Below are positions 9,776-19,239 of a stretch of DNA of 64,000 bases, one piece after another; position 1 is the first letter of the stretch, and each line of letters starts with the position of its first letter. The notes beneath the pieces were generated by a model. That model saw only the letters and a program-made list of their open reading frames with translations, ran no database searches and had not been told where the DNA came from. Made by a program: the position numbers and the translations under genes. Source of the stretch: Polyangia bacterium (lineage in GTDB: Bacteria > Myxococcota_A > Polyangia > Palsa-1104 > JAEUJZ01); the NCBI GenBank assembly GCA_044228505.1, contig JBGAUT010000033.1:646-64645 (forward strand). Reading direction: 5' to 3'.

Positions 9776-11371
9776 TTAACGTGCGACCTGTTCTGGAAAA
9801 TGATGAGAATTGGTGGTCTGCTGCATCACCGGTCGCTGCATCTGCCGTTGCTGCGTCTGCCGTTGCTGCATCATGGGACCATTCCCACTGCTGGGAATGG
9901 TCGTAGATGGTTGTAGTTCGTGGGGCTTGATGTCTCCCCAGCGAGCATCTGTATCATGGACGTTTCGTGACCGTAGGAAGACGCCGAACTTTTCATCTAG
10001 CTCAGTGACATTCACTTCCATTGCTGCCGCTACTACCGGGCCAGATGGCTTGTTGGGAGACGAACGAAGGGTCGCGTAGACTTTTTGCAGGGGACTCCTT
10101 TCGCCACTGCCATACATCCACAGCGCGGCGTAGCGTGACAACGCATCACGGAGCCGAGGATTGCTCGGGGGGGTGTCGTGTAGCAGACCACTGAGTGACA
10201 GAACTGGAGCGGATTTTTGCTCGACCAGCAAATCGTACAATCGATAGTTGTCGATGGGCTGTCCTTGCTCATTCTGCTCCTCGAATAGCGAGGCAATGCC
10301 TTCGTTGAGCCAGTGCGGAGTCCTCGGTGCATCGCTATCGATCAGTGCGTGAGCCAGTTCGTGCGCCGCCGTGCCGAGATACAGCTTGCCATTTACGTCG
10401 AGAATCCCTTTGCGCAGGACCACACTGTGATCGAGCGGAGAGTAGTAGCCCTCCCGGTTGGATGAAGGTCTGCCGTGAACCGCCAGCGACAGAGCGTTCG
10501 CCGATTCCTCCGAATACTCTGTGTCCAGGTTGGCGTAGACTACGACCAGTGGGGGCTTGTCCTTGCGACCTAGAAGCTCTGTCCATAGCCGCTTCTGAAT
10601 GGCGGACAATTGTTTCGCGACGCGTATCGCATCCTCCTGCTTGCCGAGGGTTGCGATGACTATCTGCTCATGGACCGCAGTCGTCGGAGGTGTACCAAGT
10701 GGGGTGAGCAGATTGACGGCCAACGCCTGCGCAGATTGCGGGAATCGAGTCAGTCCGACCCGAGCCATCAGCTTGGACTTTTCTTCACTGGTAAACGGTG
10801 TCTCGGGTTCAGGTGCGCGTGCCCGATGAATTCCTCCTTTGGAGCTGTGCGCCCACAGTCGCATGCCTCCTTCTGGGACGCTTCCTTCGCTTCGCGCTGG
10901 TTCGTCTCTAGCGTCGCTGGCTGCTGAAATTCGAATGCCGGAAAAGCTGCGGAGGTGGCTGGCGATCGGTTGTCCCTTCCAGACGGCTGTAGCGCTCCCA
11001 AGCTGTGGATGACGCTGACACTCGTTGAGGATCACTTGAGCGTCAGCGGCTGCATCGGACAGATACAGGTATAGGCCGATCCGAAACAGGTAGACCGGAT
11101 AGAGGCCGCTTGTTTCGGAAACGCTTGGGAGCTGCTGGGCCAGTCTGCGTGCGGCCTCCGCAAAGGCCGCAACTCTATTTTCGCGCAGTGCAGGCTGTCG
11201 CTTTTCCTGCGCAAGCAGCGTCTCTCCTTTGCTGACCCACTCTTCGGTGTCGGCGCTGACTTGTGCTGTGGCGCTGAGTGGCAGCAGCGTCACAGAGGAA
11301 AGGAGTCCCAAGCCGAGCCACATTCCCACAGCGCGAGCAGACCGGGGCTTCCAATGCTGAGAATCGATCAT
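9776..11371 (-). CDS. Exported protein with a HExxH zinc-metallopeptidase-like motif
   Basis: N-terminal signal-like segment, AHELAH followed by PHWLNEGIASLFE, Gln-rich tail. Confidence 0.6.
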   Translation of the reverse strand: MIDSQHWKPRSARAVGMWLGLGLLSSVTLLPLSATAQVSADTEEWVSKGETLLAQEKRQPALRENRVAAFAEAARRLAQQLPSVSETSGLYPVYLFRIGLYLYLSDAAADAQVILNECQRHPQLGSATAVWKGQPIASHLRSFSGIRISAASDARDEPARSEGSVPEGGMRLWAHSSKGGIHRARAPEPETPFTSEEKSKLMARVGLTRFPQSAQALAVNLLTPLGTPPTTAVHEQIVIATLGKQEDAIRVAKQLSAIQKRLWTELLGRKDKPPLVVVYANLDTEYSEESANALSLAVHGRPSSNREGYYSPLDHSVVLRKGILDVNGKLYLGTAAHELAHALIDSDAPRTPHWLNEGIASLFEEQNEQGQPIDNYRLYDLLVEQKSAPVLSLSGLLHDTPPSNPRLRDALSRYAALWMYGSGERSPLQKVYATLRSSPNKPSGPVVAAAMEVNVTELDEKFGVFLRSRNVHDTDARWGDIKPHELQPSTTIPSSGNGPMMQQRQTQQRQMQRPVMQQTTNSHHFPEQVAR

Positions 11372-11377
11372 TGTTCA

Positions 11378-12190
11378 TTACCTAACGATGGGTAGTTGTT
11401 CATTGGTCGGAGTGCGGACAGAGTGCGTGTCTGGCTTATTGGGAATCGGTAGGACAGCGGCAGGAAGCGGCGCGGTGGCAGCCGGAATCGTCTGAACGAT
11501 AGGTTGGACGGACCCGGATGAGGTCGTGGGAGGACTCGCTGGTGTTGCCAGTTGAATCGGTGCTGCATGTGGGGCCGCAGTGGTGGTTCCCCCTGCCAGC
11601 CGTTTGAGCACAGATTCGGCGGCTCGCTCCCCACTTGCTGCCGACGGCGCTGCTTGTTCCATTCGGTAGTCGAAGGGAGTCCGATGCGTGACGCAAACTC
11701 CAACGAGTAGCAGCGTTGCGGTCATCACGAACACACCCGGTGACATCCGCGCCACCTTGAAGCCAAACGTCTCTGTACTCCCGCTGGCTTCAATCTCACC
11801 TTTGACACCAATGAGAAACAGTCCGAATCCAAGGAAGCCGAATGCCATTGCAACGAATACTCCGCAGGACAGCAGTGCCAGGCGGGCTGAAACCAGGGCT
11901 GCGTTGATCCCGAGTTGAATCAAGACCTCGGTGACTCCGGGGGTTCCTGCACGGGCCAAGAGTCCATCGATCTTGGTCATGGTGGTCGACAGAAAGGTGT
12001 AGAGATACAGAGTCGATGACGCCAGACAGACCGCTGCCAAGATCAAAGCGAATATGAATCCCACATTAAGAATTCGTCCTGAAAACTTGTGACCAGCGCT
12101 GGGACTGTCGCTGGGGAGCGCTCTTGGCGTCGCGGCGATGCTGGCGGGATCAGTAGATGACAGTTGGGGCGGTGTGTCTGCGGTGGCCAT
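11378..12190 (-). CDS. Hypothetical membrane protein (about 3 TM segments, Pro/Ala/Thr-rich tail)
   Basis: Long ORF with three hydrophobic stretches; stop lies 7 bp from the next gene's start. Confidence 0.6.
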   Translation of the reverse strand: MATADTPPQLSSTDPASIAATPRALPSDSPSAGHKFSGRILNVGFIFALILAAVCLASSTLYLYTFLSTTMTKIDGLLARAGTPGVTEVLIQLGINAALVSARLALLSCGVFVAMAFGFLGFGLFLIGVKGEIEASGSTETFGFKVARMSPGVFVMTATLLLVGVCVTHRTPFDYRMEQAAPSAASGERAAESVLKRLAGGTTTAAPHAAPIQLATPASPPTTSSGSVQPIVQTIPAATAPLPAAVLPIPNKPDTHSVRTPTNEQLPIVR

Positions 12191-12332
12191 GGACGGAGCC
12201 TCACTTAGAGCCCTGGGCGGCTGATGATGCAGAGCTGCGCGCTGATGGTAGCACGTCAGCGACGGCATGTGTCGATAGCGAACCCAGCTTTTTCTTAGAC
12301 CCTGTGGTCATCTTGGGGCGATCTGTGCATAG

Positions 12333-12950
12333 ATGCGCCGCATGTCGTTGTTAGTTCTGGCTTCTGCATCTCCTCGTCGGATCGATATGCTTGCTGCGGC
12401 GGCGATCCCGCACGCGGTGTGGCCCGTGGATATCGACGAAACACCACGGATTGGTGAGCGTCCGGAGTCCTTGGTGGATCGGCTCTCTCAGGAAAAGGCC
12501 GACGCGGCCGCCAAGCTGTGCGCACCTGGATCCCCGATCCTCGCGGCCGACACCATTGTTACGGTGAATGGTACGATCCTAGGTAAGCCTCCGCATGAGG
12601 GGGCAGCGCGGCAGATGCTGACTCTGCTATCAGGAAAGACACACGCAGTGTTGACCGGATATCACTTGCGTTATGTCGATGCAAAAGGACAGATTTCGCG
12701 GCAGAGTAGGGTGGTCTCGACTACGGTTACGATCCAGCCACTGACCGACGGAGACATTGCCGGCTATCTGCGTAGTGAGGAGTGGCGAGGGAAGGCCGGA
12801 GCGTACGCGATCCAAGGTCGCTTTTCTGCGTTTGTGCGCGGGATCGAAGGAAGCTACGACAACGTGGTAGGACTGCCGCTCTGTGCAGTGATCGAGGATC
12901 TACGGAGTCTGGGGCTATTGCCTTCAGACTGGCCAAGCTGGACTCCGTAG
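12333..12950 (+). CDS. maf: Maf/YhdE nucleoside triphosphate pyrophosphatase
   Basis: LVLASASPRR, LAADTIV, ILGKP, KAGAYAIQG, NVVGLP. Confidence 0.92.
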   Translation: MRRMSLLVLASASPRRIDMLAAAAIPHAVWPVDIDETPRIGERPESLVDRLSQEKADAAAKLCAPGSPILAADTIVTVNGTILGKPPHEGAARQMLTLLSGKTHAVLTGYHLRYVDAKGQISRQSRVVSTTVTIQPLTDGDIAGYLRSEEWRGKAGAYAIQGRFSAFVRGIEGSYDNVVGLPLCAVIEDLRSLGLLPSDWPSWTP

Positions 12951-12962
12951 CTGCCGCGATCG

Positions 12963-14054
12963 CTACTCTTTTTCGTTGTGTACGTCGGTCGATAGGAGCG
13001 CCATCAGCGCATCTTTGGTATCGAACTTGCCGTGTAGTAGCTGATACAGCGCCGATACAATCGAGGTCCGTACGTGGAACTTATGTCCAAGTAGATGAGC
13101 TTCCCGAACCATGCTCGGACCGTCGCAGACTCGGCCCACTTGCTTGAGCGCTTCTGCAAGTGGAATCCGCTGTCCAAGGAGTCTGCCCAGCTCGAAATCT
13201 GCCGAACCACGTCGTTCGGTCGCGGCCACAAACTCACCGACTCCGGCCAGCCCGAAGAAGGTTCGTTCCTCTGCCCCGAGTTTGACCGCAAGGCGTGCAA
13301 ACTCAGCCGCACCGCGTGTGATCAAGATCGCCCGAGCTGGAGTTCCCAAATCGAGGATATTGGCCACTCCTGCGGCCATCGCAATCACCGATGAACCGGC
13401 GCGAGCCAGCTCGACCCCGATGAGATCACGAGTGGTGTAGACAAGTAGGGAATGTCCAGACAGGACTTGAATCGCTTGCGCACCAACCTCATCAAAGCGA
13501 CTGCCACAGACCAGCGCAGCGGGAGCAAACTCCTCTAGATCAGGAGCCAGGGCGGGACCGGCCAAAACGCCGATCTTGCGAATCGGAGTCACTTCGCCCA
13601 CGGCATGCGAAATGAGCGTCGTGTGGGGACACTCCTCGCTGGCCGGAATGACGCTACCAATTGCGTGAATGAGGGTTTGCGCTCCGTGCAGATGCGGAGC
13701 AGCGAGTCGCAGAACCTTGCGCACAGAGGGGGCCGGAACTGCCAAAAAGATGATGTCCGCCTGGGATAGATCCGATAGAGCGATGGCGGTCACCTGCTTG
13801 CGTTCCGCCTGCTGCGCAGAATCAACAGCGCTGACATCGGGCACTTCTCCGGCCGCCGCCGGGATATCGGTGTGCGCGTGGTCTGCTTCGCTGCGGTTGT
13901 CTTCCTGAACGGCCCGCACCAACTCACGCGGGGGACGGTAGTGAAGCACCTTGGCGATGCGGTCTTGCGAACGGCGCTGGTTATGAAGAAGAAATCCTGC
14001 GAGTGCGCGTGCCCATCGGCCACCGCCGATGACTGCAACAGTAAGGCCGGTCAT
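12963..14054 (-). CDS. GpsA-like glycerol-3-phosphate dehydrogenase homologue with degenerate active site
   Basis: Overall GpsA layout (LAGPALA, DLIGVEL, LITRGAAEFARL, TFFGLAGVGE), but the conserved KN and SRN motifs are replaced by SS and SAD. Confidence 0.8.
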   Translation of the reverse strand: MTGLTVAVIGGGRWARALAGFLLHNQRRSQDRIAKVLHYRPPRELVRAVQEDNRSEADHAHTDIPAAAGEVPDVSAVDSAQQAERKQVTAIALSDLSQADIIFLAVPAPSVRKVLRLAAPHLHGAQTLIHAIGSVIPASEECPHTTLISHAVGEVTPIRKIGVLAGPALAPDLEEFAPAALVCGSRFDEVGAQAIQVLSGHSLLVYTTRDLIGVELARAGSSVIAMAAGVANILDLGTPARAILITRGAAEFARLAVKLGAEERTFFGLAGVGEFVAATERRGSADFELGRLLGQRIPLAEALKQVGRVCDGPSMVREAHLLGHKFHVRTSIVSALYQLLHGKFDTKDALMALLSTDVHNEKE

Positions 14055-15691
14055 TGCTCATCCCCCAACGATTCGACTCGGTTTTGGTAGTAGTACAGGA
14101 GCTGTCTATCTCCGATGGTCACAGCCTGAGAAGGAGTTCGCAGCGCTGCGGGTTCGGTGTGATAGCTCGCAAAGGCCGCGAGCCCTGCTTCAATGACCTG
14201 CTCCGGGGTTCCATCGGCGCGAGGTCCAAGGTGATGCCGCCTGTGGCGGAGGTGGGTCTGCAGTCGCTCGACATCAGCGACGAGTTCGCTATGCGGTACA
14301 TGCAAATCGATGGGCTGGCGCAGTCGTCGATACAGATCCAGTCCCGGTAGCGCTTGTCCAAGCCGTCGCCACAGCACCGAAGCCAGCAAGTGGGTCGGCA
14401 TCAGCACCGTCTCCCTACGGTACGCTCGACTGAGCGAGGCTGCGGTCTGCTGCATGTACTCGCCATCGCGCTGGGCCAACGCTTGCGGCTTGCCGCTTAC
14501 CCAGAAGTAACGCGCCAGATCGACCGGCTGACCATGCGGACCGATCGACTCGAACGCCTCACTGAGCGGGTGCCCGAGCACATCCATCGGTTCGCCGAAT
14601 CGAATCACGATGGCACCGGTGTGGGTCATCGTCGATCGCATAAAGTCGACCACCCGTCTCCACTGAGCGGACTCGTCGTCCTCGATGATGAAGCGAGCTT
14701 TGCCCGTTTCCTTTAGGTAGTCGGCGATGAGCGTCTCTGCTTCGAGCACCAGTTGCTGATTGATCGTCACTGGCACGATAAAGATCGGTCGCACCGGTGC
14801 GCCCGCGGACACTCCGGCTTGGCGCCGGTAGCCCTCGATGGTGGCCGTCAGTGCTGTGCCGAGCAACCCGAGCTTGATTCGTCCCTCGACCCGTCCCGAG
14901 CGTGACCGTGTACCACCCGGAAAGAACATCGAGTGATAGCCGCGCTCCAAAATCACCTGAGAGTAGGTTTTGAGGACATCCTTATACAGCTCGTGGCGAA
15001 TCCGGCGGTCGACCCGATAGGCACCGCAGTTGCGCATAAAGAAGCCCAGGATCGGGTTTGTAAACAGGTTCTTGCCCGCGCCATAGGTCGTGGGTGGCAA
15101 TCCCGCGGCTTGCAGCGCATAGCCCATCGCCGGTGAATCCAGGTTTGATAGGTGCGTGGGCACACACACCATCGTTCCAACCTGCGCCAGCTTGCGCAGA
15201 TGGTCGAGGGGACCATGAACTTGCAGCCGCTCGCCGAGCGCTTCGAGAAGCTTGTGGGGCTGCAGCATGTGAAACGGCAGGCGCAGCGGGCTTTCGGGCG
15301 TCAACAAGAGCGATAGCGCAGGGGGCACCACTCGCGATGCCACCGTGTAGACCTGCTTGTTGAAGCCACCGGCCACATCGTTGGCATAGTCGCCAATCAG
15401 CGCCTGGAGGTCGTGCTCCAGCTCGCGTCGCGACTTCCCACCGAGCGTTCGCCACAGCCTTTTCCACTCCGAAAGCTCTCGCACTTCCTCCTGCGCAGAG
15501 CTCTCTGACAGACGGCGAATCTCTTGCAGGCAGGCGTCGTTCAAGATGTACTCAGGAGCACTCGCAGAGAGCACCACCTGAAGTGCGCGCTGGGTCGTTT
15601 CAGAAACGATGCCCTGACGCTCACGATGAAACCGCAGCAGCGGATAGTCGGTGACCGGCTGAAATCCTGGCACGGAAACGGATTGTATCAC
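14051..15691 (-). CDS. PlsB/PlsC-family glycerol-3-phosphate acyltransferase
   Basis: PTHLSNLD (HxxxxD), GAYRVDR, FFPGGTRSRSG; 4-bp overlap with the GpsA-like gene. Confidence 0.85.
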   Translation of the reverse strand: MIQSVSVPGFQPVTDYPLLRFHRERQGIVSETTQRALQVVLSASAPEYILNDACLQEIRRLSESSAQEEVRELSEWKRLWRTLGGKSRRELEHDLQALIGDYANDVAGGFNKQVYTVASRVVPPALSLLLTPESPLRLPFHMLQPHKLLEALGERLQVHGPLDHLRKLAQVGTMVCVPTHLSNLDSPAMGYALQAAGLPPTTYGAGKNLFTNPILGFFMRNCGAYRVDRRIRHELYKDVLKTYSQVILERGYHSMFFPGGTRSRSGRVEGRIKLGLLGTALTATIEGYRRQAGVSAGAPVRPIFIVPVTINQQLVLEAETLIADYLKETGKARFIIEDDESAQWRRVVDFMRSTMTHTGAIVIRFGEPMDVLGHPLSEAFESIGPHGQPVDLARYFWVSGKPQALAQRDGEYMQQTAASLSRAYRRETVLMPTHLLASVLWRRLGQALPGLDLYRRLRQPIDLHVPHSELVADVERLQTHLRHRRHHLGPRADGTPEQVIEAGLAAFASYHTEPAALRTPSQAVTIGDRQLLYYYQNRVESLGDEQ

Positions 15692-15733
15692 CCCGCGTAT
15701 CCGTAGTGGGCGCTAACAATTCACGCGGGCTAT

Positions 15734-15751
15734 TGAAACATTTTTGTTTCA
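15734..15751. promoter_or_regulatory. Palindrome TGAAACA-N4-TGTTTCA, putative activator binding site
   Basis: Perfect 7-bp inverted arms about 90 bp upstream of a sigma-54 promoter; a second TGAAAC..GTTTCA pair at 15755-15780. Confidence 0.55.
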
Positions 15752-15837
15752 CGTTGAAACTATGGCAGACGCTGGTTTCAGTCGAGCGGTACCAGCGGTT
15801 TGGTGGATGTCAGACGAATCGATTGCGGTGAAGACGA

Positions 15838-15854
15838 TTGGCATTGGGCTTGCT
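15838..15854 (+). promoter_or_regulatory. Sigma-54 promoter of the TauE-YeeE-YeeE operon
   Basis: TTGGCATTGGGCTTGCT fits the -24/-12 consensus, 50 bp upstream of ATG 15904. Confidence 0.7.
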
Positions 15855-15903
15855 CAATCCTTGGCATAGGCGGCGAAACAAACCGTTACAAGGACATCGA
15901 ATC

Positions 15904-16674
15904 ATGCTGGAAGTTGCGCTCGTACTTGCTCTACTCATCGGAGTCCTCCTGGGGATGCTCGGTGGGGGAGGCTCAGTGCTGCTCGTGCCGGTGCTCCTGT
16001 ACGTGTTGAAGCTAGAACCCAAGGTGGCGCTGGCGACCTCCCAAATGGTGATGGCGGCGACGACGGCAGTGGCGGTGCTGCTGCATGTGCGGGCTGGGCG
16101 AGTGGTGTTTTCGACAGGCGTCATCTTTGGCGTGAGCGGCATGCTTGGGTCCTATTTGGGGGGGCGCATTGCCCACTTCATCCCATCGGTGGTTTTGCTC
16201 TCTGGATTCATTGGGTTGATGGTGGTAAGCGCAGTGCAGATGCTGCGGGCGAAGCGACGCCCTACAACCAGTTCGGACCCTGGAATGGACGCTGCTGCGC
16301 AGGGAACCCGGCCGCAGCCGTGGATGGGCGCAGTGGTCGGTTTTCCAACGGGACTTACCGCTGGAATGTTGGGTGCCGGAGGTGGTTTTCTGGTGGTGCC
16401 TGCGCTGACTTTGTTTGGCGGTCTATCGATTCAGCAAGCGGTGGGCACGTCGCTGCTTGTGATTGCAATGCAGTCCTTTGCGGGCTCGATGGGATACCTG
16501 GGGCATGCGGCGGTGGATTTCCGGCTGGTCGGCATGCTGGCACTGGCGATGGGGGTAAGCAGCGTGCTCGGAGGCGTTCTGTCGCAGAAGGTTCCGGCGT
16601 TGACGCTGCGCAAGCTGTTTGCCGGGTTGCTACTGGCGGTGGCATTGCTGATGCTGCTAAAAACCTTCGTCTAG
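15904..16674 (+). CDS. Sulfite exporter TauE/SafE family protein
   Basis: GMLGGGGSVLLVPVL, GMLGAGGGFLVVPAL, AVGTSL; multiple TM segments. Confidence 0.9.
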   Translation: MLEVALVLALLIGVLLGMLGGGGSVLLVPVLLYVLKLEPKVALATSQMVMAATTAVAVLLHVRAGRVVFSTGVIFGVSGMLGSYLGGRIAHFIPSVVLLSGFIGLMVVSAVQMLRAKRRPTTSSDPGMDAAAQGTRPQPWMGAVVGFPTGLTAGMLGAGGGFLVVPALTLFGGLSIQQAVGTSLLVIAMQSFAGSMGYLGHAAVDFRLVGMLALAMGVSSVLGGVLSQKVPALTLRKLFAGLLLAVALLMLLKTFV

Positions 16675-16713
16675 CAGGTACGAACCAAACCACTCAATAA
16701 AGAGGAGCTTCAT

Positions 16714-17145
16714 ATGCATCATTTTACTCCTATCTCGGCGCTGATCGGTGGTCTCCTCATCGGAGTCGCAGCTTCGCTGATGCTACTCCTTAAGGGACGG
16801 ATTGCCGGGATCAGCGGCATCATTGGTGGGCTCCTCCATCCGTCGGCGGGTGATGCTTCCTGGCGGGCTCTGTTTCTCATCGGAATGATGACCGCACCGC
16901 TGGGCTATCTGCTGTGGACTGGGCGACTCCCAGAGATCACCTCGGACGTTTCCAATCGCACCCTGATCGTATCCGGTCTGCTGGTGGGCTTTGGGACTCG
17001 TCTTGGGAGTGGTTGCACCAGCGGTCACGGAGTCTGCGGTATGGCCCGTCGCTCACCGCGTTCCTTGGTTGCGACGTTGACCTTCATTCTAAGCGGAGCG
17101 CTGGCTGTGTTTGTGTCACGCCACCTCATCGGAGTCACCCCATGA
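16714..17145 (+). CDS. YeeE/YedE family sulfur-compound transporter subunit
   Basis: GRIAGISGI, GFGTRLGSGCTSGHGVCG, RSLVATLTF. Confidence 0.92.
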   Translation: MHHFTPISALIGGLLIGVAASLMLLLKGRIAGISGIIGGLLHPSAGDASWRALFLIGMMTAPLGYLLWTGRLPEITSDVSNRTLIVSGLLVGFGTRLGSGCTSGHGVCGMARRSPRSLVATLTFILSGALAVFVSRHLIGVTP

Positions 17146-17576
17146 GCGCCAAGCAAAGTCTGTCTTCCCTGATCCTCGGTGCGCTATTTGGCTCGGGTCT
17201 GCTGATCTCGGGCATGATCCATCCACAAAAGGTACAGAACTTTCTCGACGTGGCAGGAAGCTGGGATCCCAGCCTGAGCCTGGTGATGGGAGGGGCTCTG
17301 TTGATTTCAGCGATAGCCTTTCCCCTGATCCTCAAGAGACGCGAGCCGCTGTTTGCGCACAAGTTCCATGTGCCCTCGGCGAAAAACATCGATGCCAAGC
17401 TGGTGGTGGGATCCGCGCTATTTGGGATCGGCTGGGGACTTGGCGGATTCTGTCCGGGGCCGGCGATTGTCGGGCTGGTGAGCGGGTCGTCGGCTTCGCT
17501 TCTGTTTGTGGTGTCGATGCTCTTGGGGATGGCTCTCCATCGCACCTATCACGATCTGCGGAGTCCGCCTACCTAA
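17142..17576 (+). CDS. YeeE/YedE family sulfur-compound transporter subunit (partner)
   Basis: GLLISGM, KVQNFLD, WDPSL, FGIGWGLGGFCPGP; ATGA overlap with the upstream gene. Confidence 0.92.
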   Translation: MSAKQSLSSLILGALFGSGLLISGMIHPQKVQNFLDVAGSWDPSLSLVMGGALLISAIAFPLILKRREPLFAHKFHVPSAKNIDAKLVVGSALFGIGWGLGGFCPGPAIVGLVSGSSASLLFVVSMLLGMALHRTYHDLRSPPT

Positions 17577-17618
17577 GCGCGGTTGACAGTCCGGATTCGC
17601 TATGTCTCTCTGTAGATC

Positions 17619-18434
17619 ATGACTGCGCGGGTCTGTGGATGGCTGTGTGGACTTTGGCTGCTGGCGGTGGTCACTCCGGAGGGACGGGGGGCTCCCCCGG
17701 TTGCGGCACCCAGCGTCGCCAAACCAGTGGAACCCAAGCCCGCGGACCCTGCGAAGGTTCCGAGCAAGCCCATTGATCTGCTGCTGACCGATCCGCGACT
17801 GGCCCCCCGCGACACGCTGATGTCACCGGCAGATTGGGGTGCCATCCGGCGAGCAGCCACGACGCGGTTTCATCCGACCCGCGATCAGATTACGGAAGAA
17901 CCGAAACCCAAGGCGCTCTTGCGACAGTTGGCAAATCCCGCTGTGCCGACCTTGGATCCGGCTGGAGGCAAGGTAAGCACCGACGAACACCTCGAACTGC
18001 AAGAATCGGTGGATGCCACGCAGCGTGCCTATGAGCGTCCCGCTTCTTCGCGTACGGTGGAGATCACGGTCAAGACCTCGGAAACGGGTCAGGTGTTGGG
18101 AATGGCGGTGAGCTTGCCATCGGGCAGTCCGCGCTTTGATGAAGAAGCGATGCTCTGTCTCCGCGATGCGTTTGCTTCCTATCCACCCACCGAAGACCGC
18201 CGCCCCATGGTCAGCCGCTGGCGGGTGCGGGCGGGCTATGCGGTCACGTTGCCCAAAGCGATGGCACCGATGGTGGAGAGGACACCAAACGGGAGACTGC
18301 CTTCTCGTGGGATTCCGCTGTTGGCACCGATCTGGGGGACATTTGATGAGACGCGTGGCACCGCGAAGACCCATCATGCGTTCGCCGATAAGATCGAAAC
18401 GCAAATTGAGCTGCTGTCCCGTACCCCGGACTAA
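17619..18434 (+). CDS. Exported Pro-rich protein with TonB C-terminal-like domain
   Basis: Signal-like N-terminus, Pro/Lys-rich linker, VEITVKTSETGQVLGMAVSLPSGSPRFDEEA. Confidence 0.5.
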   Translation: MTARVCGWLCGLWLLAVVTPEGRGAPPVAAPSVAKPVEPKPADPAKVPSKPIDLLLTDPRLAPRDTLMSPADWGAIRRAATTRFHPTRDQITEEPKPKALLRQLANPAVPTLDPAGGKVSTDEHLELQESVDATQRAYERPASSRTVEITVKTSETGQVLGMAVSLPSGSPRFDEEAMLCLRDAFASYPPTEDRRPMVSRWRVRAGYAVTLPKAMAPMVERTPNGRLPSRGIPLLAPIWGTFDETRGTAKTHHAFADKIETQIELLSRTPD

Positions 18435-18549
18435 CCGACAGGACTGGTCGACGGAAAATCTGTGCTATGGAGCGGATTTGAAATTCTGCACTGCGTAAAA
18501 TTGATTCGTGTACGATGCCGCCAATTCCTGAAATTTTGGAGGCTTCGTC

Positions 18550-19212
18550 ATGTCGATTCGCGCAAAGTTATTCGGTACGGCACTGCTGGCTCTGTCCTGC
18601 GCAGCGGTCGTCTCGGCCCCCTCATCGGCACTTGCGAGTAACCCAGCGGCGAACTACGCGGTTCCCACCAAGCTGGAGTTTTTCCCCGACGAGGCGAAAG
18701 CCACCAGCGTGGTCATTCACGGCTCATTTTTCTTCTACCAAAACGGTGGTTCGTACGGCACGCCATCGTGCGGCTACATGTATTTCAGTTGTCCTGCGGG
18801 CAGCGAAACGATGTGTCGCATGCAGTGGACCGACATCAAGAACGCGATTGGGCAACCGCAGTGCGTCGGATTCGGACCGCAGAACATGGTGTCGAAGGCA
18901 ACCTTGCGCAGCGAGGGCACCACACCGGCCAATCCTGATACCTGGGATCTGGGAATCGGAGTCTCACCGGGCTCGTTTGTGGGTGGTCAGTGTGCGCCCG
19001 CGCAGGCCTTGAAGTGCCCGTTGCCGCCGCCTCCTGACATGGCCACGCCGCCTCCTGCGCCGGATATGACCGTGGTTCCGATGCCGAATCCGCCAGGTCC
19101 GGGGAGCAGTTCGGGCTGCTCCATGGGTGGAGCGGAAGGAGTGGTCGGCGGTGTCGGCTTGCTGTTCGCCTCGGTCGTTACCGCTGTCCTGCGACGAAGA
19201 CGCCGTCGCTAG
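18550..19212 (+). CDS. Cell-surface protein with MYXO-CTERM-type sorting signal
   Basis: Signal peptide, Cys-containing domain, Pro-rich linker, C-terminal SSSGCS-hydrophobic helix-RRRRR. Confidence 0.8.
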   Translation: MSIRAKLFGTALLALSCAAVVSAPSSALASNPAANYAVPTKLEFFPDEAKATSVVIHGSFFFYQNGGSYGTPSCGYMYFSCPAGSETMCRMQWTDIKNAIGQPQCVGFGPQNMVSKATLRSEGTTPANPDTWDLGIGVSPGSFVGGQCAPAQALKCPLPPPPDMATPPPAPDMTVVPMPNPPGPGSSSGCSMGGAEGVVGGVGLLFASVVTAVLRRRRRR

Positions 19213-19239
19213 CCAACGCTTGGTACTCCCCTCAAGAGC

